Sequence record: OZ196285.1
Length of the DNA: 64,000 nucleotides
Strand: one strand, 5' to 3'
In this document: in pieces, positions 20,557 to 29,763 of the stretch
Numbering within the stretch: the stretch's first letter is position 1
Layout of the letters: each line of letters opens with the position of its first letter
The notes under the pieces: generated by a model
The model's input: only the letters and a program-made list of their open reading frames with translations
The model's database searches: none
What the model was told of the DNA's origin: nothing
Position numbers and translations under genes: made by a program

Positions 20557-20592
20557 ACCTGAAAAAGGGAGCATTTAGCTCCCTTTTTTATT
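20557..20592. terminator. Bidirectional terminator (identical inverted copy at 59880-59915)
   Basis: AAAAAGGGAGC-ATTTA-GCTCCCTTTTTT. Confidence 0.9.
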
Positions 20593-20698
20593 GGTCGAAT
20601 AATCCACCGAGAATAGCAAAAAGTATCTCGAATAGAACTTCAAACGGAAACCACAGCCACCCGAAGAAGCCGCGATCTTTCTTTCTGCTATCGCTCAT
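20588..20698 (-). CDS. 36-aa hydrophobic peptide (absent from the ORF track)
   Basis: MSDSRKKDRGFFGWLWFPFEVLFEILFAILGGLFDQ, abuts the upstream gene. Confidence 0.5.
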   Translation of the reverse strand: MSDSRKKDRGFFGWLWFPFEVLFEILFAILGGLFDQ

Positions 20699-20701
20699 AA
20701 A

Positions 20702-20872
20702 TTACCCGTTAAGTAGCTGCGTTTCTTGCAGTTGCTGTTCACCACCAGACTCAGTGACTGCCATTTCAGACAGATGAGTTTGGCATTGGCCGACATGAAC
20801 AACGCCTTGCGGTGTTGAAATTGTCACTTCGCCATCGTTAATCGGTTGCTTACATACTATACATTGTGCCAT
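20702..20872 (-). CDS. UvsY.-2-like conserved small protein (absent from the ORF track)
   Basis: MAQCIVCKQPI...VHVGQC...QLQETQLL resembles T4 UvsY.-2. Confidence 0.75.
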   Translation of the reverse strand: MAQCIVCKQPINDGEVTISTPQGVVHVGQCQTHLSEMAVTESGGEQQLQETQLLNG

Positions 20873-21057
20873 TACATTTCCAACGATTGTTTAGTTAACG
20901 CCTGAACGAGCACTTCACTTTCTTGTACGATTTGCATCGTGCCATGAAGTTCCCATCCGTCATTTAATAGTGTCTGAATCTTTCGCTCGAACTCATCGAG
21001 ACTAGCAAGAGGCTGAGTCACTACTGTGTATTTATTGTGCATATCTGCGAATGCCAT
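20872..21057 (-). CDS. Small hypothetical protein (DUF1737-like)
   Basis: KIQTLLNDGWELHG...LVQALTK; start uncertain. Confidence 0.5.
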   Translation of the reverse strand: MAFADMHNKYTVVTQPLASLDEFERKIQTLLNDGWELHGTMQIVQESEVLVQALTKQSLEM

Positions 21058-21469
21058 TACAACCCAACTCTTGTTTGAATAGTTTAGTAGCAAGACCACC
21101 ATTAATGACTTTGCCTGTTGCGTTGAGTGCTTCGATTAGACCACGCATACCGCTCATGTTATCAACACCAGAATCAGCGATATAATCAGTAACAAACGTT
21201 TTCATTTCAGCTTCTGGCATAACAACTGGTAGCAAGTCTTCAACGACTTTGATTTCAGTTTCAAGCTTAGTGATTTGATCAGCATCTTTGATGTAATCAA
21301 GCATACCGCGATTAGCTTCGACGATTGCAGTGATTGATTTGATACATGCCTTGTTGTCGTGATTTTGCTTGCGGTCGAGATCTGCGATTACAACAGACAG
21401 GACAGAAGACGCGATGTTGTCGCGTGCTTTACGTGCAGCCAAGTGAGCTGCTTTGATTTTAGTGATCAT
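21032..21469 (-). CDS. GatB/YqeY-like protein
   Basis: IKAAHLAARKARD...LETEIKVVEDLLP...MRGLIEAL pattern. Confidence 0.65.
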   Translation of the reverse strand: MITKIKAAHLAARKARDNIASSVLSVVIADLDRKQNHDNKACIKSITAIVEANRGMLDYIKDADQITKLETEIKVVEDLLPVVMPEAEMKTFVTDYIADSGVDNMSGMRGLIEALNATGKVINGGLATKLFKQELGCNGIRRYAQ

Positions 21470-21879
21470 ACTATTCCACTCTCAATTTTTCTATTATCAA
21501 TTACGTGTTTAATTGTGAAGCCCATTTGACTAACGCCTTTAAGAGCTTCTTCGATGAAAGACAAAACATCTTTCATGTGTTGAAACGTAGCAATCGCAAG
21601 TTGAAGTAATTCATCGCCTGCTAGAGCGTATTTCATTTCACTTTTCTCAACGATAAAGTCACAGACCTCATCATCGTGTTTGCCACTGTAAAACAGCCAA
21701 CGATCTTTACGACAGCGTTCCATTTTCAGTTCAGCTTTAAGTAACAGTTGTCGAGCATCAGCACGATAGCTAAGCCACTTCGAGTGAAGAACAGGAATGT
21801 TGATAGCCGCAAGTTCAATCGCAGTCGTATCGATCTTCACGTCTTCGTGATATTCAGATTTAAGTTGTTTAAGATTCAT
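21466..21879 (-). CDS. uvsY: Recombination mediator UvsY
   Basis: IPVLHSKWL, WLFYSGK, GFTIKHVIDNRK; synteny. Confidence 0.93.
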   Translation of the reverse strand: MNLKQLKSEYHEDVKIDTTAIELAAINIPVLHSKWLSYRADARQLLLKAELKMERCRKDRWLFYSGKHDDEVCDFIVEKSEMKYALAGDELLQLAIATFQHMKDVLSFIEEALKGVSQMGFTIKHVIDNRKIESGIV

Positions 21880-21899
21880 ATTTCCCCTCACGTATTTGA

Positions 21900-21928
21900 A
21901 TTATATATAAGCATCGGGTTTAGATCAA
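21900..21928 (-). promoter_or_regulatory. uvsY promoter
   Basis: TTGATC-17-TATAAT immediately downstream of the 9-nt repeat array. Confidence 0.7.
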
Positions 21929-21984
21929 CTAATATTTCTAACATTTCTAATATCACTAAGTATACTAATTCTACTAAGATGATG
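21929..21984 (-). repeat. Six TTAG direct repeats at an exact 9-nt period (copy A)
   Basis: CTAA on the + strand at 21929, 21938, 21947, 21956, 21965, 21974. Confidence 0.9.
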
Positions 21985-22010
21985 TGGAATTTTTCCGGTC
22001 CGCTAGAAAC

Positions 22011-22032
22011 AAAAAAAGCCCCGTAGGGCTTT
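22011..22032 (-). terminator. Intrinsic terminator after the tail fibre operon
   Basis: AAAGCCC-TACG-GGGC-T7 on the minus strand. Confidence 0.8.
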
Positions 22033-22034
22033 AA

Positions 22035-24713
22035 TTAAGACAAACTCATGTCCATTGCTGTGACTGTGTTCTCAAAGAAACTTGCGACTTTCACTTCAGT
22101 GACCATCGGCAAACACCATGCTGTTGTACTAGCAGATGTTGAACCCTCATCGCGATAACGTAATCTGAATTTATCAGAATCATTACGCCAACGATACACT
22201 TTAGGTGACGATGCACGATAAACTCCAACACCTTTCGATGCTAGTCTACTAGGAACATCTTCAGGGTTATGCACGCCAAAGTAATAGTTGAACTTGTCCA
22301 TAAACTCTTGGTGCTGCTCATTCGTGTACGTATAAGGCAAAATGAATCCATCTAACAAAATCCATTTATCAGTTCGTGAAGCATTATACGGTGCACCGTC
22401 AATCGAAATGTATGTGCTTGAAGCTGCTCCTGTGACTGTTACCAATGAGTCGAATATTCCATTAGTATCTCTGACACGCGAGCTTAAATCCAACGTGCCC
22501 GCGTCTTTGCTTGATGCATTCACCCATATCGACACGTAATACGCTCGTGTAGGGTCTATAGCGACCTCGTCTAGCTCGATCATCGATTCCCCTGAACCCT
22601 GAGAAGTCACAATCGCTTTCTCGGTTCCTGTGAACGTTTGATTCGCCCAATACACCGAGCCGCTATCTTGCTGTGGCATTTCGGTATCTGCATATAAGTT
22701 CGAATCTGACTTGTACGCTGATAGCCAACTAGTGTCGTCTGCTGGGTGTCCTGCATGAGGAGACATAACGATGTTATTTGCCGCTAGACCATTCAACGAC
22801 GATTGAATCGATTCATCACCCGTCGGTACTTCAAAACCAGCCTTGTACAATTGAACGTAATCAACTTCATCGTCTGTCATTGTTGCCCAAATTCCTATTG
22901 TTGTTGCACTTGGTGGCACTTGAACATAGAATTCTTGAGAACTCATCACTGCATAGTTGTATATTGCCACGTTTTGTCTACCAACTTCTTCATTGACGCT
23001 GTTGTAAAAACGAAGATTGCACGCTTTGCTGCTTTCACCTATATCACGCATAGCACGTACTTTGTAGAGTAGATATTGCCCTGCTACTACACTATTATCA
23101 GCAAGTGAAATTCGCGCATCTGTAGGCGGATTTGTTGTTTCGATAATTGGCCTACCGTAACCAGTTGCACCAATGGTCAGCCGCGATTCAAAGTTCACAT
23201 CGATTACGCTATCGCCATCAAGAACGTGGTCGAACATACATCGTTCAGACACAATCCCCAATTGCCCTGACCCGAACGCGCTGTAACTGTAGCTGTATCG
23301 ATTGAAATAATCAGCACCTCGCCATTCATATGCGTTGAATCTTGCCAACGCGTTGTCTACGTCTGCATTGCTATAGCATGAACCATTTGACACTAAGATG
23401 AAATATTCATTCGTAATCGCGCTCAGAGCAGCGACAAAGTTACCGCGTTCAGCCGATTGATTCAAACGATACGTGTTGTTAATTTCAGGTGTACCATCAG
23501 CATTGAACGTCATTAAATGCATCTTAGATGTTTCTTTTTCTGTCGTTTCGAAAATCGCCGTTTCATTTATCACACATTCTGCTGATTCGCTACTACCGTC
23601 AGCAACGCCGCGAGTGTATAAGCGAATATTGTTCGATGCACCTTCATTGAAGTGTCGAGATTCGAGTAGATTCTCATTCACGATGATTCCGACGGGCGCA
23701 TAAACCCATAGCTCAGTGACTTGAACATCTTGTCCTGGCCCTGGTTGCCCACTGCCGTTTGCACGATTTGCGCCTATAGCAAACCACCAACTCGACGAAC
23801 CGACTGACCCGTCACCTAGCGACTGATCACTAGTATTTCGCTCAATGCCCCCCCATGAACTATACGTCGAATCAATGCGAATCGCTTCGTATCCACGAAC
23901 GCCACGAACATCTGGCTCATAATCTCCCGGATAGTTCTTGATGATCGTTCTGTCAGTGATAATCGGGTTCGCAATGTATTGCTTGCCTGTTGGCGTAGGT
24001 GACGCGCTTCCGTACGTCATATACCAGTGCATTGTTGCTGCTGTGTTCAGCGTACTTGGTGTCGTGAATCGCGCATATCGACGAATCCAACGCTTGCCGT
24101 CAACAATGATGTCATTGCCAGTTTCTTCGAAAACCTCACCGGGAATTGCACCAAGTTGATGTGGGTTGTTGCTACCGTCATACCAACGCGAATGAAACAG
24201 AGGACATCCTAAATCATGATCTGATTCGTTTTCATACGCCACCCAGCAAGATAGCGTATACGTTGTATTCGCTCTCAGCCGGGTCTGTGGTGTATCGAAA
24301 CGATATTGGTCTGTCGATCCTGTGCTAGTGCGTTCAAGGATATAATTCGATGAACCGGGATTCGTCATTTCGACGATATCCCATGTTCCTACGATACTGC
24401 CGACGTTCTCTGGTTTCTCGCCGTTAGCAAAGTTAGTGCCACGAAGATATTGACCAGAGTCGTATTCTGCAAAGTTGTTTGATTGACGCCAGATGTTCGT
24501 AACGCCAACTTCAGGGTAATGTAATTTGAGCTGAAAGCGACCATCTTCACGTCTGAATTCTTCTAGCCCGTACAACGCGCTGAACTTAGCGTCAACGTCG
24601 GGATCGCTCCCTGCATTGCGTGCTTCAGCAACGGAAGCAAAGTAATTGCTTCCGGTTGAATCATGGCGAAATATCAGAAGATAATCGCCATCACGTTTAA
24701 GTCTATCGTACAT
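22035..24713 (-). CDS. 35: Long tail fibre hinge/connector-like multidomain protein
   Basis: Directly downstream of gene 34; central ILEI-like segment; N-terminal fibrinogen-like and carbohydrate-binding-like modules. Confidence 0.65.
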   Translation of the reverse strand: MYDRLKRDGDYLLIFRHDSTGSNYFASVAEARNAGSDPDVDAKFSALYGLEEFRREDGRFQLKLHYPEVGVTNIWRQSNNFAEYDSGQYLRGTNFANGEKPENVGSIVGTWDIVEMTNPGSSNYILERTSTGSTDQYRFDTPQTRLRANTTYTLSCWVAYENESDHDLGCPLFHSRWYDGSNNPHQLGAIPGEVFEETGNDIIVDGKRWIRRYARFTTPSTLNTAATMHWYMTYGSASPTPTGKQYIANPIITDRTIIKNYPGDYEPDVRGVRGYEAIRIDSTYSSWGGIERNTSDQSLGDGSVGSSSWWFAIGANRANGSGQPGPGQDVQVTELWVYAPVGIIVNENLLESRHFNEGASNNIRLYTRGVADGSSESAECVINETAIFETTEKETSKMHLMTFNADGTPEINNTYRLNQSAERGNFVAALSAITNEYFILVSNGSCYSNADVDNALARFNAYEWRGADYFNRYSYSYSAFGSGQLGIVSERCMFDHVLDGDSVIDVNFESRLTIGATGYGRPIIETTNPPTDARISLADNSVVAGQYLLYKVRAMRDIGESSKACNLRFYNSVNEEVGRQNVAIYNYAVMSSQEFYVQVPPSATTIGIWATMTDDEVDYVQLYKAGFEVPTGDESIQSSLNGLAANNIVMSPHAGHPADDTSWLSAYKSDSNLYADTEMPQQDSGSVYWANQTFTGTEKAIVTSQGSGESMIELDEVAIDPTRAYYVSIWVNASSKDAGTLDLSSRVRDTNGIFDSLVTVTGAASSTYISIDGAPYNASRTDKWILLDGFILPYTYTNEQHQEFMDKFNYYFGVHNPEDVPSRLASKGVGVYRASSPKVYRWRNDSDKFRLRYRDEGSTSASTTAWCLPMVTEVKVASFFENTVTAMDMSLS

Positions 24714-24721
24714 AAGTCACC

Positions 24722-27700
24722 TTAGATAGCGTGACCGAAAGTGAATTCAAGCACGCCTTGATTAGTTGTTGACATTCTTACAGAGCCAACTTGGATATAG
24801 TCTCTATATTTAATGTCATTACCAGTACCACCGTCTGGCGTATGTAAGTCAATACGTTCAGACAGTTCTTTACCCGCGCCAGCCGATAGTGCAGTATGCG
24901 TAGCAGAAGTTGAGCTTGGGTCTGCTGTGCGAACGTCGTCAGTTACTTGCACGATACCTGCATTCGAACGACTTGCTTTTCTCAAGCGGTCGTTGTTCAC
25001 AGTACCCGAAGTGATGTTCTCACCTGTATGCGCGTGACTGTTGTTGTTCACTTGTACGCTTGCAGTAACGTTGCTTGAACCGTCGAACGATACAGAGCCA
25101 GTCAAGTCGCCAGAGAATGTCACAGTACGTGCAGTTTCCCATTTAGCGGCTGTCGCTGCCATATTATCGATGCCCAGGTATTTCGTACGCAATGTACCTG
25201 TGCCAGGAGATCGCCCGTTTGCACTTGATTCATTTTCTTGAATTGATGAACCAAACGAACCTGCCCCGCTAACTTCGAGACCCCCATACACGTTAGTGTA
25301 ACCGTTTTCAGACACTTTCAACTGCCAGTTGTCAGTACCATCAGTGAAGCCGATGTCGCCTGATTGGAAGTACAATTCGCGTGTACTGTTGCCATCCGTT
25401 GTATCTTTAAATTCAATGCGCGGGTTAGCGCCCTGAATCTTGATTTCGTTGTCAGTGAACGTGTACGTTCCTGTGATGAAGTCATCCGCGTCTGAACGTG
25501 CAAACTGAGTGCTGTTCAAGCCGTCTAGCAATTCTGAATCATCAGCTTTTGCGTTTAGCGGCAAGTAGTTACGCAGTGCGTAATGCAATGCGTAAGGGCT
25601 CACCGAATATTGATGACGGTCGTATGCGGTGTAATCTTGCGACGAACCGCTGGTGCTATCACCCACGAAAGTTTCTAGCGCCGTTGCACTTCGGGCAGTA
25701 CCGTATCGTGTTTCACTTGAACGTGAGTTTGAGCTTGTACGAGTCCAACGAAGCAAGTCGCTCGGTGTAAGAACGATTTCGTTGCTTACTGTACCTGCGT
25801 CAACTTCAGAAGCAGTCGCTAGTCGAACAATACCAGCCAATGATTCTGTAGCTCGGCGAGCATTCAGTTTCTTCGGTGTTAGCATCACGTTATCGAGCGG
25901 GCTTGATTGTGAATTCGTTTCAGTTTGCGTTGCTACTTGCAGCGTACCGCGTTGAGTCTCAGTTGCAGGTGCGATTGATAACGTTACATCATCCCAAATC
26001 GTGCCGGTGTGTGAAAGACCGTCTGTACCTGCTGTAACGAAGTGATCGCGGTCAAGCCATGTCTTCAGTTTAAGCGGGGCGACTATGCGTGTATTATCAG
26101 TGCCTGCGTCAAATTCACTTTGAGTTGCAATTTCAGCGACACCACGACGTGTTTCTGTTGCTGTTCTGTCGTTCAACGTACTCGGCGTAATGAATGTTCT
26201 GTCCCATGCTTCACCGCTCCCGCTTGTTGCGCGGGCTTCTGCTAGAGTTGCAGTACGGACTATACCACGAATCGTTTCCGATGCTGTCCACGCAGCCAAT
26301 TTCTTAGGCGTGATGATTGCGTCATCGACATCTGAATCATTGATGCGAAGTTCAGTTGTCTTAGCAACCCACAATGTACCCGGTTGGTTCTCAGTGGCGC
26401 GGTACTCATCAAGCATCTTCGGTGTTACGAACCGTGTGTGATTGCTTTTATCGTACACTGAACCATTCGAACCATCAAGTGTTCTGTCAGAACGCATGTT
26501 CGTAGTTGAATCAAGTGTACCATCATTGTTGATGTTGTCCGACGCTAGAACAAGTTTACCGACACCCGTTAGATTTTCTTCAGCTTGAGCAGCGTGGAAT
26601 TTGCGTGGTGACAATACTTGTACATCGTTTGACGTGCTGCGCGTTTCGTTCTGAGTCGCAATTTCAACTACACCGCGACGTGTTTCAGTCGCTGTACGAG
26701 CATTTAAGCTACGAGGTGTAATGAAAATGTCATGACGGAACACACTTTCAGGGTAACGTGTACCTTCATTTCCGCTCAAAATTGTGCGCGAAAGCTCTAG
26801 TGCTTCATCCGATGTCAGTTTAGCCACACGAGCCATACCGACTTGATCTTCCGCTGCACGACGCGCATCTAGCGTTTCCACTGTGATTGCGTGATCTTTT
26901 AGCGGGTTTTGATTCGCCCACGCATCACCGGCATCTTCGCTGTGTGCATATTCAACGCCATGAGCAAGTGCTTCAGTCGGCGATGCTAGTGGCACCAGTC
27001 CCGGACGCTTTCTGTGATCTTCGTCTGCAATGTCGATTCGTGATGAAATATCAGCGAAATCCCACACTTTACGCGTCGCATCGTAGAACAGAATGAACGA
27101 GTACCCGCGGTCTTCGTCATTTACCGTGAACGAGTCGTTGAATGTATCAACAGTCGCTGCAAAGTCGCTGTACTTAACCATGCGATATTCGTCAAGCGAA
27201 CGCACGATTTTATATTCGTTTGCACCGTGACCTACATCGTCATCCCCAAAAGATGGATGAATTTGCACCGTGACTTCTTTGCCAGGGGTTTTGACGTTTG
27301 ACAACTCAACCCAATCCCCTTCAACAGGCGAAGCGGGAAGCGTAATTGTCATTGATGATATCGCGTCATTGATATCAATATCGTAACGACGATTCACGAT
27401 CAACTGAGCAGAACCGCTATCACCGATGTGATTCCACGGACTCGTATCGTTTGTGACCGTCATTACCCATGTTTTTTCATCTCCGCCAACATACAAGATC
27501 TCAATCAGACCTGCATTGTCAAGTGTTAGCTCTTCAACATACTGATAAGTACATGGATCTAATATTCGCTGATCTGAAATATTCGGGTGTGTGCCGATTT
27601 GGATTCTAGTTTGATCGTTCTGAAATGCCAAGTCTTGCAGGTGAACCATATCACCTGCGACTGGGTTTAGAGGCAACGATACTGCGATTTTCTTAGCGGC

Positions 27701-28393
27701 TGCTGAATACGTGATTGTTTCATCTACGTTTGCAATATACCCGCCATCCACAAGATAATTACCTTGCTGAGACGCATGCCCTGCATCGATAAACGTGTTG
27801 TACGAATCTTGGTCAGTTTGATACGTCCATGCAAGACCGTTATACACGAAGTACACAGTGCTCGATGGGCGATTCATTGTCATTGTTGTTTCTGATTCAA
27901 TTGATCCCGTGATTCCGTATGATTGAATCGTCAAGCCACTCGCGGCAGCCACGGTAGTCGGGTATGTTGACAGAACACCCTTACCGTCTTTAATTGTTAC
28001 TGTATCCCCTGTTCTCGGTGATTCAGGAAGCGTGATCGTTATAGGTGAACTCGCAGTCAGGAACAAAAAGTCACCTACATTAGAGCCGATAGATGAATCT
28101 ACTTCTTCCCACTCTGGGTCATTACGCATTTTTTTCCATTTCAATGGATTGAATGGTTCTGCTGTCGTAATTGGTGTAATGTTTTTGTATAGACGTTGAT
28201 TGAATTCAACGATGAAATCTTCTTTGTATGTGCTTCGCTCTGGGTCATACTCTTGCACCGTGTTTTCGTCGATGAAGTAACCCAAGTTCAATGCGTCAAG
28301 CATTTCGCCTAGTCGCGGGTTTGCAACGTTAAGTACGTTTTCACCCGACGCATCAAGGCCTGACGCACGAAATGCTTTGCGGAAATCTGACAT
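24722..28393 (-). CDS. 34: Long tail fibre proximal subunit
   Basis: Repeated ATETRRGVxEIATQ units, FRASGLDA N-terminus, divergent from rnh; TCTAAATA at 28434-28441 (-). Confidence 0.93.
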   Translation of the reverse strand: MSDFRKAFRASGLDASGENVLNVANPRLGEMLDALNLGYFIDENTVQEYDPERSTYKEDFIVEFNQRLYKNITPITTAEPFNPLKWKKMRNDPEWEEVDSSIGSNVGDFLFLTASSPITITLPESPRTGDTVTIKDGKGVLSTYPTTVAAASGLTIQSYGITGSIESETTMTMNRPSSTVYFVYNGLAWTYQTDQDSYNTFIDAGHASQQGNYLVDGGYIANVDETITYSAAAKKIAVSLPLNPVAGDMVHLQDLAFQNDQTRIQIGTHPNISDQRILDPCTYQYVEELTLDNAGLIEILYVGGDEKTWVMTVTNDTSPWNHIGDSGSAQLIVNRRYDIDINDAISSMTITLPASPVEGDWVELSNVKTPGKEVTVQIHPSFGDDDVGHGANEYKIVRSLDEYRMVKYSDFAATVDTFNDSFTVNDEDRGYSFILFYDATRKVWDFADISSRIDIADEDHRKRPGLVPLASPTEALAHGVEYAHSEDAGDAWANQNPLKDHAITVETLDARRAAEDQVGMARVAKLTSDEALELSRTILSGNEGTRYPESVFRHDIFITPRSLNARTATETRRGVVEIATQNETRSTSNDVQVLSPRKFHAAQAEENLTGVGKLVLASDNINNDGTLDSTTNMRSDRTLDGSNGSVYDKSNHTRFVTPKMLDEYRATENQPGTLWVAKTTELRINDSDVDDAIITPKKLAAWTASETIRGIVRTATLAEARATSGSGEAWDRTFITPSTLNDRTATETRRGVAEIATQSEFDAGTDNTRIVAPLKLKTWLDRDHFVTAGTDGLSHTGTIWDDVTLSIAPATETQRGTLQVATQTETNSQSSPLDNVMLTPKKLNARRATESLAGIVRLATASEVDAGTVSNEIVLTPSDLLRWTRTSSNSRSSETRYGTARSATALETFVGDSTSGSSQDYTAYDRHQYSVSPYALHYALRNYLPLNAKADDSELLDGLNSTQFARSDADDFITGTYTFTDNEIKIQGANPRIEFKDTTDGNSTRELYFQSGDIGFTDGTDNWQLKVSENGYTNVYGGLEVSGAGSFGSSIQENESSANGRSPGTGTLRTKYLGIDNMAATAAKWETARTVTFSGDLTGSVSFDGSSNVTASVQVNNNSHAHTGENITSGTVNNDRLRKASRSNAGIVQVTDDVRTADPSSTSATHTALSAGAGKELSERIDLHTPDGGTGNDIKYRDYIQVGSVRMSTTNQGVLEFTFGHAI

Positions 28394-28470
28394 TTCATTG
28401 CTCCTTTGTTTAGATATGCAATTCTCTCTGTTATATTTAGACTCGATTTAAACACAATAGGAATAGACAC

Positions 28471-29403
28471 ATGGGATTAGAGGGCTTCTTTAAGAGAAAA
28501 TCGAAGACGATTGAGGGCGAGCCAGATGGAGTGAATCTAGTTGACTTCAGTCAAATCGTACTGAGTTCAATTATGGCTACTTATAAGCCGACTGATTTAC
28601 TAACAACTGACTTGATTCGTCACATCGTTCTTAATACGCTTCGCAGTAACGTACTAAAGAACAAAATCAAGTATCCACGTATCATTTTATGTATCGATAA
28701 CGGCAACGGTGGTTATTGGCGTAAGAAGAAAGCTTGGTATTATAAGTTCAAGCGTAGTTCGCAACGTGACGAGAGTGGATGGGATTTCGATACAATATTC
28801 AATGCAATGGCTCTGATCCGTAAAGAGATTAGTGAAAACATGCCTTATTGGGTGATGGACATTCAGGGCGTTGAGGCCGATGACCATATTGGCGTGCTTA
28901 CTAAGTATTACGTCGCGAAAGGCGTTCCTGTATTGATTACGTCGTCAGACGGCGACTTTACTCAGTTGCATACAGACAAGCTTGTTCGACAGTGGTCGCC
29001 GATTCAGAAAAAATGGGTCAAGCCCAAACATGGTTCGCCAGAAATGGATATCATGTACAAGTGCATTAAAGGCGATAGGAAAGATGGCATTGCGCCAATG
29101 AAAACTACCAACTGTCACTACACACACGGTGATGGTCGTCGTGCTCCTCCGATGCGCGCCGAAGAGCTTCGAACTCTTATGACATCTAACGATGAAGAGC
29201 TTCAGGAGTTGCTCACTGAAGAACAATATGCACGTTATACTGAGAATCGCGAATTGCTTGATTTCGAGTTTATCCCTCAGGATATACGTGATAGCATTAT
29301 TACTCAGTTTGAAGAGCAGCGCCCTGCGCCACGCAGTAAGTTGATGATGTATTTTGCATCGCACAAACTCGATAAACTAGTTGCTTGTATGAGCGAATTT
29401 TAG
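28471..29403 (+). CDS. rnh: RNase H / 5'-3' exonuclease
   Basis: LVDFSQI, YWRK, VEADDHIG, SSDGDFTQL, GDRKDGI. Confidence 0.95.
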   Translation: MGLEGFFKRKSKTIEGEPDGVNLVDFSQIVLSSIMATYKPTDLLTTDLIRHIVLNTLRSNVLKNKIKYPRIILCIDNGNGGYWRKKKAWYYKFKRSSQRDESGWDFDTIFNAMALIRKEISENMPYWVMDIQGVEADDHIGVLTKYYVAKGVPVLITSSDGDFTQLHTDKLVRQWSPIQKKWVKPKHGSPEMDIMYKCIKGDRKDGIAPMKTTNCHYTHGDGRRAPPMRAEELRTLMTSNDEELQELLTEEQYARYTENRELLDFEFIPQDIRDSIITQFEEQRPAPRSKLMMYFASHKLDKLVACMSEF

Positions 29404-29415
29404 TTTAGAAAAAAG

Positions 29416-29458
29416 TTTAACATGCTTCGTGCTGCTGTATAATTGACAGCACGAAGCA
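29416..29458 (+). promoter_or_regulatory. Putative dsbA promoter inside a 12-bp inverted repeat
   Basis: TTTAAC-16-TATAAT; arms at 29423-29434 and 29447-29458. Confidence 0.55.
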
Positions 29459-29490
29459 AGACAATTGACTAAAACATAATTGAGGTAACA

Positions 29491-29763
29491 ATGGACATTC
29501 TGCAATACGAAACAATCTCTACTCCGCAAGACAAGAAAGAAGTTATCAACATGATTAAAGAAGCTGCTGCTTCAATGATGCGTGTTGACGGTGAATCTGA
29601 GCTGCGCAAAGAAATTGCCACGCGTGCCAAAGAAGAATTTGAAATTCCGACTGCTGACTTTAATAAAGTTGTTCGAATGTATCATAAGCAAAATCGTGCT
29701 GAAGAGCAAGCGAAACATGAAAAAGTAGACAGCCTTTACGAGAAGCTTTTTGACGATGAATAA
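29491..29763 (+). CDS. dsbA: Double-stranded DNA binding protein
   Basis: FNKVVRMYHKQNR motif; rnh-dsbA-33-59-32 synteny. Confidence 0.88.
   Translation: MDILQYETISTPQDKKEVINMIKEAAASMMRVDGESELRKEIATRAKEEFEIPTADFNKVVRMYHKQNRAEEQAKHEKVDSLYEKLFDDE

Noticed and set aside
21929-21984. TTAG arrays read as a CRISPR array, or as DnaA-trios (TAGTAGAA resembles trio repeats)
   Set aside because: The 9-nt period with 5-nt spacers is far too short for CRISPR and no cas genes are present. Trios need a continuous 3-nt period and adjacent DnaA boxes, which I did not find.
25600-27000. Repeated ATETRRG-type units in the large minus-strand gene as a novel repeat protein
   Set aside because: These are the known repeats of the T4 gp34 proximal fibre.
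29422-29429. ATGCTTCG as a MotA box at the dsbA promoter
   Set aside because: Only 8 nt from the -10 element, versus 11-13 nt in T4 middle promoters; it is also part of the inverted repeat arm.
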